From contig NC_091997.1 of the NCBI RefSeq assembly GCF_044704955.1, positions 33,108,001 through 33,172,000 of the forward strand: a stretch of 64,000 nucleotides of DNA. Reading direction: 5' to 3'. Of the stretch, positions 1 to 12,300 are shown in pieces (position 1 is the stretch's first letter; each line of letters opens with the position of its first letter). The notes below the pieces were generated by a model. It saw only the letters and a program-made list of their open reading frames with translations. It was not told the origin of the DNA and did not search any database. The position numbers and the translations under genes are program-made. The DNA comes from Pristiophorus japonicus (taxonomy: Eukaryota).

Positions 1-2149
1 TATAATTCCAACTCTGTTTATACTGAATTTATTAAAAAAAATAATAATGAATAAATAAAACAAAACTTACACCGACTGTAACGCACCTTTGTAGCTTACA
101 GGGATTCAGGTGATACAATCAGACGGTATCAATCATTTAAAAAACGACCAAATAAAAACAAAATAAACTTAAAGTTACAATAAAAATATCTAGTTGGGGC
201 CCAAATTTCTAAAAAATGAAAAGAAAAAAGGTTCAGCAAGAGAAATTAAACATCGCATAGCAACTGATTTGAGTCGGTTGTCTCCGAGTACTAATGTTAT
301 TTGGAAGGTTGCAATGTATATGCAGAATCTTGATATCACTGCTGTTTGAAACTTTCTTGGCAACTAGAACAAGAAAATAAAACAAAATAGAAAGTAAAAA
401 TCTAAGATTTAATTTGGAAAGACTTGGTTTGAATCCAGTAACTACCGCTTCTAGAAGCAATGCCAGACTGGGACGCTCTCAGATGGGAAAAGTTTCGCCT
501 ATGCTTTCTCACCCAGCTCAAAATGACATGATTCTGGATCAAGAAAACTGCCCGCGTCTGAAAATGAACTAGCATCGAGAGTGAAGCCTTTCTTTAATCT
601 CTGCCATGTGCTCACTAATCAGTTTATGATTCTTTGAAACAGATGTTTGAAACCAGGAAGTGGTGCGTTCCAGAGGAACTGCTAAAAATAAATCCTAAAG
701 TCCAACACAAACTCTCTGCTTGCAACATTTAATAGTTAAAAATGGTAAAATAATAATATCTCTTTAAACATATATTTATGCGTTTTCGTCTAAAGTGAAA
801 ATGGCTAAAACTCCGTTTGATATACTTAAATTGCTAATCACAGATGGACACAACATGTTTGTATTTTTTTTGGAACAAAAACCGTCTTGTGCATTTCACG
901 AGTAAAGTATAAAGATTTATTCAAAGAATAGCTGACGTTTGAATAAAAGACACATTACGAAATTCATACGTTACAATGCAAAACTATTTTATTTCTATAA
1001 CACATAATTTAAGAATACAACACAACATAATATCAAATATAGAAATCGGAAGAACCACATTGACTGATATCTGAAGTACTGTGCACCAATCTATATATGT
1101 AGGCGTGTATCAGTTTACAGGCTGTGTGTAGTCGTGAATATCACCGAGTAGCTATTAAGCACTTAACATAAGTGACTTCAAGTAATATTCGTACATATGT
1201 GTGAGGATACACGGAATAAGTCTGTAAATGGTGTACTCACTGAACGAAACAGAGTACATTTAAATATAGCCATACTTCTGTCAGCGAAAACCGTTCTTGC
1301 CGCTTTTGGGCGCAGGCGCTGTTTCGTTTTACAAAGGCGGCCACTCTCTAACAAGTTGAGTTTTTAATAAATTTTGAGCCATTTTCTGTGATGTTCCCCA
1401 TTCGTCTATTCAAAAAAAAACTCTTCACATGTTGTTCCGAGAACTTTAAAATATAAAATCGTAGTTTCTCTGTAGCGAATGCGTCTGTGCCATTCCGCTG
1501 CTGACTCCCTCCCGGGTTTTGGGTCTAGTTGCCTTTTTTTCTCTTTGGAAAGTTTCTTCCGTTGGCTTTGCGGTTTCAATTAAAGATTAAAAGTTGGTAT
1601 TTTGATCTCCTTTTCGTGTGCCTCAAAGTTAAACCGCATCACATTAATACACAGCGAGAGAACTGCAACACAAGCACAACAAACGTCTATCAGGATCTCT
1701 TGAGTACTTAATATATTTATACACATACAATGCAATATGTGAACGAAACTGTTATGGCAAATAACACGGGGAGCTGGAAATGTCAATGGAAGCATCTTAT
1801 ATGTAAAACAGACCAAATGCATCTTTAATTACACAATCACAATGCAAACCAGACCGGTAAGAAACATAAAACCGACCTCCGATTGAAAAGGGAAGAAGCA
1901 ATAAAATGTAGTTAATAAGTGTTTAGTGAATTATTATCTGAATGCACGGATACTGGATGGAGTTTTATTTTGCTTGTGGTTCAGTTTGAAGGCGGTGGAT
2001 TGTTTCGCTGTTTGCACGGGCTTGTAAACTAATGTTAAATAGATGCAGAACTTTGCGCATTGTTGTGATTTTTTTATTCCTAACAGTACAGAGTGAATCT
2101 AAAGATGCTGTGTTTGTGTTGATTATTTTCTCTCTCTCTGTCTCTGTTT

Positions 2150-2392
2150 GGGACTTTTCGCCATCACATGTGCCGGTTGCTGCAAGCGTCTCTGATTCAT
2201 GGATAAGTCCCTCATGGGTGCTATTTTCCTATCAAACAGTATTGCCATTGGTCAGTCGATGATCAGATGGTTATATTTCCTGCTGTCCTTTCTGGCACTT
2301 GGCCATCCCGAATCAAACCCATCTCGCTAACTGCTAATAGCGCAGGCACTTGGACTAATACATAACAAATCATAACAGAGCGCAGCCAACAA
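2150..2392 (+). promoter_or_regulatory. HoxB6 proximal promoter / leader
   Basis: CACATG E-box 2165-2170 and ATTGG (reverse CCAAT) 2247-2251 just upstream of the ATG. Confidence 0.5.
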
Positions 2393-2825
2393 ATGAGTTC
2401 GTATTTTGTGAACTCCACTTTCCCGGTGACTCTTGCCAGTGGGCAGGAGTCGTTCCTTGGGCAGATTCCGCTATACTCCTCCGGTTACGACCCTTTAAGA
2501 CACTACCCGGCCACATATGGGGCTACAAGCATGCAGGATAAAAGCTACCCATCACCCTCTTACTATCAACAAGCCAACGGCGCGTATGGGTGCAATCGGG
2601 CACCCTGTGACTACGGTGCGCCCAGTTTTTATCGGGAAAAAGAACCTCCTTTCGGTGCCTCCTCCACCAGCTCCAAATACCACTCACTGGAAGACCCAAC
2701 GCATTTTAACCCCGACCACCGCAAATCCGAATGCGCACAAAACAGAATTTTATATGGTGAGGTGGACGATCAGAAGAGTTCGCTCCCCGTGTACCCCTGG
2801 ATGCAAAGAATGAACTCCAGTGGGG
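2393..2825 (+). CDS. HOXB6: HoxB6 coding exon 1
   Basis: MSSYFVNSTFPVTLASGQESFLGQ N-terminus typical of HoxB6; YPWM hexapeptide; donor G|GTAAGT at 2826, phase 1. Confidence 0.96.
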
Positions 2826-3382
2826 GTAAGTTCGCACTTTAATATTTTTTGGTTTTATATATTTGTTGAAAAAATAAACTTTTTAACGCATGCTAACATT
2901 GAACATAGCTAGAGAGAAACAGAGATTATCACTTAATCTTTTAAAACCCCTTTCTTAGAACCGAGCATTATTTCAAAGGACTTTAATACATTTCACCGTG
3001 TCGGGTTTCACATTAAAATATGAGTTGCTGCATATTTAGAGATTCTGAATAATTCATTAAAACTCAGCGTCTGGAATATAAGATTAATATGTTGATGTAT
3101 ACAAAATGTAAGTCTGGCCTTCACTAACTATGGGGCAAGATCAGTTATTCCTTCCTAAAGATTTGAATGCACAGCTGCCAGGCCCACCGGTTATAAAGTC
3201 TTAATCGGACAGAATGTAGCCATAACATGAATGGGAATCATTACTTAGTGTTGCAGAATCGAAAGTGCTCATCAAACAGTCTATTATGAAACTGAGTAGC
3301 TTAACATACAACGTCCAATATAATCAATGTGATTCACTTGTTATTTATCTGCTTCTGTATATTTCCAAATGAAGTGTAATAA

Positions 3383-3739
<357 letters not shown>

Positions 3740-5865
3740 AAATCACAAGAAACAGAATGAGAGAGAGGAACGCTATGCAGTTCTTTATTTAAAAATGAAT
3801 AATGAATATTAAAAGTTTACATTGTGTTTGCTGTTGCGCACCAGTGGAATTGTATATTTCTGTATGTGTTGTAAGATTTATTGTCAAGTTATGCATTCCT
3901 TTGGTCTAGCCAGGCAGGCATTGTTTCACATTGGTGTCAATAGTTTAAAAAACACTAGGAGTATTCCATGAATTCTGTATCTCAGTTGAGCTGCTGCAAT
4001 ATTGTGAATTTTCTTTGACGTTGTACTCAGCTCTCTAGTTAATTAAGGTGTATGTTTTTTTGTGCACTGTGAACACAATTTATTTTATGTATGTATGCGT
4101 GGGTGTGTGGAAATGTGTGTGCGTGCGTGTGCAAAATACACAATGAGGTCTAAATATTGTATTTTGGATTGTTTTCGTAACCGAGCGAGGAAATTAAAAG
4201 CAAAATGTTTTAAGAATTGAGTAAGAGGCTATTTTTTTATTTGTGTTTTTGGTTAAATGAACGTGATTGTGTTTGTAGCGTGTGTAATGAATTTTTTTTA
4301 AAACTGAAGCATCCGTATCTGGAATGAAATTAAAAGTTTTTCTAAAAAAAAATCAATGCTGTCTATTTTTCAATTCGAGAATCACAACGTGCATAAAAGC
4401 CATTGATGCCCTGAGAGGGAGAGATGGTATAAAAACCAGCATTTTCAATATCGCTACTCATTGCTTATCCAAGACTAGGTTGCAATCTATCACAAAACAG
4501 AAGTTGACAATCCTCATTGAATTTCTCGTAATTGATTTATCTCTATGATTTACCTACAAAACTTATTTAAATTTCATTCCAGTAATCAACTTACGGAAGC
4601 TTCTAAAAATCAAACTGGATTACACAAACATTACTTGGCCGGTGGATAGGTATGCACAACCAGATTGTTTATTGCAGAGAGAAAGCGAAGGATATTGCGG
4701 CTTTTAACAATTGCCTCTCTTAGTTTCAATTATTGTATTCACTGTTGCACGGTAGCCGCCTTGTCAAAGACACGACCCATTTATGACACCGTCTTATTAA
4801 GGCGTATTTTTAAAGAAGGGGTTTGGGCACAAACATCCTGTAATCATAACTCTGCATGCCCGCAAAAAAATCCAACAGATTCAGTCTAGTGAATACTCGT
4901 ACTTAAATCCTTCCCCACACAATAAAATAACATTTTGCCACAAAATGCTGAAATCGCTCTGCTAATTATTCAGCGAACCCTCTAGGAAGTGAGTTGTACT
5001 GAAGGGCTTGTGCCGATCCGGTAAAAGATCGTATAACGATGCTGAGGTTATGTGTATACAAACTACCAGAGGAGAGGATTCGTCTCTCCGGAATGTCAAT
5101 TAATATTATTCATTTAGCATTTAAGTCAGAATAATTACATGGTAATTTTAATAAAGCAGATTAACTCCGAATGGTAGAGTTGGTACAAAGTAGTTGAAAC
5201 GTGTATTTTCTTAAGTTAACTCCATAAAACAGAATAATGAAAATAAATGCGCATAGTCCATGCAACATAAAGGAGTGCACCCAAGGTGTAAATTAATACT
5301 TTCTAAGATTCAGTCTGCCCCTTGTCTTGAAAGCATCTTTGCAATTTTAAGAACAAAGTTTTTTTTTAATAGATAGCATATTTTATTCACACACATTACC
5401 AAATTTCAGAACGAACTTCGAATCTCGCAAACACACTGGAACTATAACATGTAGCAAATAATAACGCTCACATCGACAGCACCAAGAGTAAGTCAATGAA
5501 CGCGTACATTTAACTGACTAGTCAAGGATGGCAAGTTAATTGTTTTTAAATGTATCTGGTCAAAAAACGAAATAAATTGCTCCACTCCAAGTACAGCTAT
5601 AAAACGTGATTTCCAATTCAATTGCAAAATAATTGAATTGCCGTTTTATGCTTAGCATTTTTGATTTTTTTATAGCGCTTTTAGACAAATGCATTGTCAA
5701 AGGTTAAATAAAAAAGGTAACAAAATGTAATACAATATTGGGATTTATTGATTTTGAGGTAGGTAAATTTAAAATGTAACTTTCTGTTGTGTTATTATCA
5801 ATAATGTAATAATACCAATGTTAATATATAAGCAATGACTTTAATTCGTGTAATTTAGGCGGAGC

Positions 5866-5879
5866 CCAGTAGGTGGCGC
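5866..5879 (+). promoter_or_regulatory. CTCF motif at the Hox6|Hox5 boundary
   Basis: CCAGTAGGTGGCGC closely matches the CTCF core CCASYAGRKGGCRS; about 290 nt upstream of the HoxB5 ATG. Confidence 0.65.
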
Positions 5880-5912
5880 ACTCTGCAAACCTGGCCACCA
5901 TTTGGAGCCTTG

Positions 5913-6164
5913 CATTCACATGGCGTAACGATTCTCAGATCGTCATTATTTGTAACCATAGAGCATGAATTACCCCTTGAGGTCATCAGTGAGAATTTAC
6001 GACTGGTCAACAAAAGCACGTGATTCCGACTCGCACCCCCCATATTTGGCCGCATACAGAAGCGAACGAAGTACAGTCATTTCTATAATTCATTAATATA
6101 TCATAAATCGTGCAGGACTGGGTTATAACGACTAACAACCACAAATCAACCCTAAAAAACCCAA
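5913..6164 (+). promoter_or_regulatory. Highly conserved Hox5 promoter/5' leader element
   Basis: GTCATTATTTGTAACCATAGAGCATGAATTACC..TGAGGTCATCAGTGAGAATTTACGACTGGTCAACAAAAGCACGTGATTCC recognised as the block upstream of Hox5 paralogues; CACGTG at 6017-6022. Confidence 0.8.
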
Positions 6165-6708
6165 ATGAGCTCTTACTTTGTAAACTCATTCTCCGGTCGC
6201 TATCAAAATGGCCCGGATTATCAGTTACTTAATTATGGGACGAGCAGCTCCGAGAACGGACCATACAGGGACTCAGGCACCATGCATTCAGGCACTTACG
6301 GCTACAACTACAATGGTATGGACCTTAGCATCACCCGTTCAGCCTCATCTAACCACTTTGGAGTGGTTAATACAGAAAACTCCAGAAGCTATCCTCCAGC
6401 TACAGAAACCAGGTTCAGGCAAGCAGCGAGCTGCACCCTCTCATCTCCAGAACCCCTTCCTTGTTCCGGCAAGGACAGTCACGGAGCCAAGGGTTCCCCC
6501 TCCGACCCGACTACCTCCTCTAGTTCAGCAAGTAATTTTACAGAAATGGACGAGGCCGGAGCATCCTCCGATACCGAAGAGGGCACTCCCGCCAACAACA
6601 ACAACAACAACAACCATCCCAGGGCACAGCAAGAATCAACACAGGCAACGACACCAGAGCAGCAGCCACAGATATTTCCTTGGATGAGAAAACTGCACAT
6701 TGGCCATG
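6165..6708 (+). CDS. HOXB5: HoxB5 coding exon 1
   Basis: MSSYFVNSFSGRYQNGPDYQLLNYG; QIFPWMRKLHIGH; donor G|GTACAC at 6709, phase 1. Confidence 0.96.
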
Positions 6709-7449
6709 GTACACTTTCAATTTCTGTTTATCACTCTAAATATTGCTCTGTGGTCAGGTAATTCATAGCGTCCTATTGTGCAACCTGGCTGACACAAAAC
6801 GTGAACAATTTGCGTTTTATTGCTCGACAGAAACTTAGCTAAACATTTTCTGCAAATTTAATTTAAATCTGTCAACCACAATTTTACAACGTGCATGAAA
6901 AAAATAATGCGCAAGTCGACCAACAAAATTCAGCAAATATTAAAATAATCGTATTTAATGCGGATAAATTGTAAATATTATATGCCAGTGTATAGAAAGC
7001 TACTACTTGTACTGCACGATCAGCATAATAACAAAGAGCACTGAGCAGTTACCCTGGACAGTCAGCTTTGCTGTGACCCATTATCCATGGATCTGGTTGC
7101 AATTTCAGGCAATTTTTTAAAAAAGGTATGTGTGTGTGTACGTCTGTGTGTGACTGTGTGTATCTGGTCTGTGTGTGTGTGTGTTTGCGCGCAGATAATT
7201 AGAAGCACAGCCGTCAAGACACAGGTTACATAGTCAGACAATGAAAAGGAAAATGATAATTAATAGCAATTCAGATTGGGGACAATGTATTTTCATTTTG
7301 ATGTCCATGTCCGGAGAGGCCCCGGGGAAGGGAATACTGCAACTTTCAATGTCTAAAATTCTGATTTTTAAAAAATGGTTTTTTTTTTAAAGGGGATAGA
7401 TAGATAATTCAGCATGGATAAAAAAAAACCTGCCTGTATTTATTAACAG

Positions 7450-7700
7450 ATGGTATGGGTGGACCGGACGGGAAAAGAGCCAGGACTGCTTATACTCGTT
7501 TTCAGACGCTGGAGTTGGAAAAAGAGTTCCACTTCAACAGATATCTAACCCGGCGGCGGAGGATAGAGATTGCCCATGCTCTGTGCCTCTCGGAACGGCA
7601 GATCAAGATTTGGTTCCAGAACCGGCGAATGAAATGGAAAAAGGACAACAAGCTGAAAAGCATGAACATGACGGCCGGAGCCGGCGCCTTCCAACCCTAA
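7450..7700 (+). CDS. HOXB5: HoxB5 coding exon 2 (homeodomain)
   Basis: Acceptor AACAG|AT; [30 protein letters not shown]...[20 protein letters not shown]; spliced CDS 795 nt. Confidence 0.96.
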
Positions 7701-8388
7701 CACCCAACATGTATAAATAACAGACACCGTGCACCAGTACTGTACAGCCAGGCACCTTCTATTCCCCGCGTGTTGTTAAATATTAAAGACGACCTAAACT
7801 TTTCTGTGGTACTGCTAATATTGTTTTCTCTCTTTTTATGCTGTTGTGTTGTCCTTTCGCTGTTAAATGCTTATTGCTGTCTTACATGTGTCTGTGTCAG
7901 TGAACTGTTGGTGCTTTCTGAGAAAAGTAGCATGTTTTTTTCTGTGGATTGTAAATGGTATAACTTATTTATAATGGACACAAGTTGTACAATTTGGTCT
8001 TCCTTCCCTCCCACACGCTGATAAAAAAGCTAAACTCTTTGCTGTTGCACTATCACCTTTCAACAATATATACACCTTCTTGTAAGTTTCTGTCCTTAAT
8101 GCTGTCCGTGATTTGAGGCCATGTCGGTATGTCGAAATTCCATGTAGGATTCTAATCATTGTTAATACGTGTGGATAGATTCTAAAATCGGCGATGACTG
8201 TACACGATTATTGAGTGAGTTATAATGGTTGTAAATAATACAAAAAAGTTTATAATGTTGCCTATAGCTAGTCTGTAATGGGCAGAGTGATGAATGGCAC
8301 ATTTTCTGTGGCAGTCAAAGACAACTATGTCTCACTCCTACAGTATGTTGCCAACAAGCTTTTTGTATCTGTTTGTAGCTTAATTCGA

Positions 8389-8394
8389 AATAAA
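8389..8394 (+). terminator. Likely HoxB5 polyadenylation signal
   Basis: AATAAA about 690 nt after the stop, with GT-rich sequence downstream. Confidence 0.55.
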
Positions 8395-9189
8395 GTCAAA
8401 GTTTCTCATAACCATCCCTGATCTCTGTGGTGTAATATGTCGACTGTGTATAAGCTGACATCTTAGCACTCTGTGCAATACTGTATCTGGGGAATACCTA
8501 TTGTTAGTATCTAGTACAATAAATATGATCAGGCGTATTGCATTTGAATATTGCTATATGTTTTGTGATACCTCAACTTGCAGTTTCTAAAGGCACACGA
8601 ACAGCGCTCATAATGAATATTTGTTCATGAGCATTCAAGATTGCTCATCGTTTTATATTTTGTAAGTTAATTCTATAAAATATTATGAGAACGTTACTTT
8701 ACCTGGTTCAATAGTTAACATTTCATCTAAAATCCTAAAGGTTATCTCAACTGATACTGTTTTGTGTGCGCCGCTGTGTGTTCCTCTCTTGGTCTTTGAC
8801 GGCGGCATTTGTGAGATTTGACTTCTTCGATTTTGGAATTTCTGGATCTAACTGAATTCGGCATCCTCTGCTTAAACACTCCCACAGGACAGATTTCTAT
8901 TCGCCCTTGTTGAGTATATTCGATTAAAAAAAGGTGCTCAGTCTTGAGTTCTACGCCAAGCCCCCAGAGAGTTGTACAGCAACAAGATGCACTGTTTAGA
9001 AGTTTGTCGATAGAACAAACTGCACGCGCTCCTTTTTTTTTGTAAATCTGGCTTCATTTGTGTGCAACAGGTAAACCTTAGTTTAGTTTAAACTCAACTT
9101 ACCAACAGAACGTCCACGTGCTTATCTGTAGCTGATAAGTCACACAGCAAATGTTAGCTCTATCCTGCTCCCCTTGTGAATATAACAAA

Positions 9190-9380
9190 CTACATTTACA
9201 AGAAGTCGGTATGACATTGGGATGTCAAATGAATTGGGTATTTATCTCAAAGTTAGATCGTAAAAATCGCCCATACCGCAGGCAGATACCCCTACTGGCT
9301 CTCAAAAGTCACGTGGGGTCGTTAAAGTTAGTTTTATGGTTGTGGGGAGTTGACAAGGTACAATATATTTCACATTCTGT
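9190..9380 (+). promoter_or_regulatory. Conserved Hox5-Hox4 intergenic element, likely promoter of long mir-10a/HoxB4/HoxB3 transcripts
   Basis: GTTAGATCGTAAAAATCGCC...GTCACGTGGGGTC.TTAAAGTTAGTTTTATGGTT.TGGGGAGTTGACAA.GTACAATATATTTCACATTCT recognised as a block shared by Hox clusters; E-box 9310-9315 and Cdx-type TTTATGG; GTAAGT donor at 9546. Confidence 0.7.
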
Positions 9381-12300
9381 ATAATGTTAGTGACGCTGAA
9401 CTTTATCTGGCTGGCTTTGCAGTCTGGAAGCGGATAATGTGACTAGCCTTCCAGAGGAATCGAGTAGGTCTACTTTACCAGGCCTGTCGGGTGCAAAATC
9501 TTTAACGACTGCAGTTAAAAATCACATGGAACTATATAGCTGAAAGTAAGTTGCGTTGAACTATAAACCACAGCGCTCACTGCTTCTGTCAGCCGGGCCC
9601 AGAAAAGCTTTCAAAGCGAAAAAAAAAATCTTTAAAAAATGTGGCAGTATTGCGGAGATTGTAACTTTTGTAAATATGTTGGGCTCCGCTTTAACCAGTG
9701 CAGTGGGCCCAACCCGTAAAGAAACCTAATATATGATGGACGGGATTAATGGGCCTTCTTCTGAGCGACTGGTTATTTTAGTTCAGTAGATGTAAATGTT
9801 TCTAATGTTTTATTGGTGTGACATTGAACTGGAATGGAGTATATAGATATATATCGGATCTGGTGCGTTTGGAAGTATTTCCGGGGCTGTACTTTCTGGT
9901 AATCTCTGGTCTTGCGTTCTGCTAATTCATTTCCTGGGTGAGAATTCGTTTGTTACCTGTCTACAACACAATGACAATAATTTACTTTGTGTTTTGCTTT
10001 AGATTTGTTAAGCTGTGTTACCAAGCAAAGAATACAGCGCCTGTCCTTTAAATATGAATTCGAACTATTTAACTGTGGGGAAGGAGGTTTTGCTCAAACA
10101 TGATCGCTGTTCGAGTTGTTAATCCAATGCAAAGTTTACTCCAGTTAATAATCCGGATAGAAGACATGGCTCACCCTCGATGCAGTTTTTTCGTTACTGC
10201 CTTAACTTCATTTTATTTTCAAAATATGAACAACGGTTTTTTCTTATTTCCTGGAATAATCTTTGTGCTGAAATACTGGCAGTTCAATGCCGTCCCATGT
10301 GGGTTAATGTAATCTTATATAGCCTGTTTACATATATTGTTTAAAGAGGAAATCGGCCTTTTGAGGAAGGCGGTGTGCAGTCAAGGACATATTTTTATTA
10401 TTTTTAAAACAACTTGCAGTGTTCCAAATGTTAACTCTCCTTCTAACTGAATGCAGAAGGAATGATAATTATATTTCTCGTTAAACTAAGAGTCAAATTG
10501 TTCGCCAGTATTTTTAATGTTTAAAAGAAGGCACGTCCAAATATATGCTTGTATCTATGTCGTAAGCTTTTTGCAAAGATTATATGAAAAAATTAGGACT
10601 CTAATTTAAAAGCACCCATATTACTGTGGAGCCTAATCTCAAAATGACGCTTAATAATATTTTGTGACCAAACTACCCACCCCCCACCCCCAATACTGCC
10701 CCGCCTTCACCATCTTCCACTCTTGTTTTCGACGCTCGATCAGTATATTTGAGTTAGGCTGGGTTTTCTGACTATGGCCTAATCTTGTGAGCTCAAGGTG
10801 TGCAGGGGAACAGCATCAATGTTAAGCTGCATTAGAATACATGTCTGAAAGAGAATAGGGGTGCATTTGTCCACCCATATCCAATTGTAAACTAAGTATA
10901 TGATTAACTAGCAAAATAATTTCAAAATATGAAGTACACCATACTTTCTGCAACAGTTCTCGATTCAGATGCGAAACCAAATTACTTTTTTAAAATTGCA
11001 GCCTTTAACTCTTATTGCTGTCAGTTTTGAATTATAGACTTTTGGTCTCTATAAATGTCATCGTTTTGAAATGTGACTCTTAAGTACGACTAATTGAAAG
11101 TTGCACAGACTTTTATACGAAAATTTTTCCTTTGGGGCTTGAAGTTTAAGTGAGAGACAGGGGAATAGGTGCTATATCAATTTGTTAGGCTGAGGAGATC
11201 CTTAATACAAACGGATATCCTTTGATCCTACAATAAAGAATTACCCCAAACAAGGACAAAGATTAGCGTTCTATAATATAGTTAGTATTTTATTTATATA
11301 CCGCACTTACTGTGTGTTACAGTGCATGGATGCAGTCAGCGTGTGCTTTTATCAAGAGTAAAATTAGAAGCATTATCGCCCTTACTGTACTAGACTTTCC
11401 GTCACGCTACTCTGGCGATTGTCTGCACATTTTGAGGTTCATTGTAAAGATTACTTGTGCAGTCACAAAGCAGTCTAAGGAGAAATGTAGATACATAAGA
11501 GGAAAATTATACTTTGACATTTCTCATCAGTAAATGTCAAGTTTCTCACCCTGTGATAATCAGTGTTGTGGCATAGTCCTCGAATCCGTCTGTCAAGTTT
11601 TTTAATTCTCGCCGTTTCCGGTCTGCAGTTTGAGGGGGGCGGGAGTTTTTTAAATCAATGTTAGCAGTCAAAAGTTTTTTCCCTCCTTCTTAGAATTTCG
11701 AAATGTTTCTGTCATCTTTTTGTATTGCTTCTCCGCGCTGATAGCTCAGGAAATCCAGTGGGTAAACAGGAAAACACATCCCTGACGGAGGAAGTACATT
11801 GTAGTTTTGCGTTTCATGTCTCATGTTATTCCCAGTGCACGATATAACTGAACACTTGTCCTCCAATGTTCTGCAGTTAAATGGGAAAAGGCAACAATTA
11901 ATGCAATTCGTTTCAGAAGTTCTAAATACCTATTTTACACGTGGATTTAGAGCATTATGGCGAAAATGGCTCAAGGTTTTGAGTTTGGGCTAAAAACTTT
12001 ATTTGTATTTTTTATTGTATTCTTCAGAAGCAAGATAATCTGTCAATTTCAGATCCGCTTCATACGCCACCAACCAACTTCTATTCTTTTCAGCCTTGAT
12101 GGTGTCCTATACTTGGCCCTTCACTTAGCTTTTTCAATCTGATTTAAAGGCAGGATGCTCAGGAAATACATTAGTGTAATAGTTTATGATTAGTGTGAGA
12201 AAGAAATTGATAGAGCATAAATAATTACAAAAAGAGACAAGAATCTGCGGGCTCTTTATAGATATTGGTATATAAGTAAAATATAGCAATCCTGGCCAAG

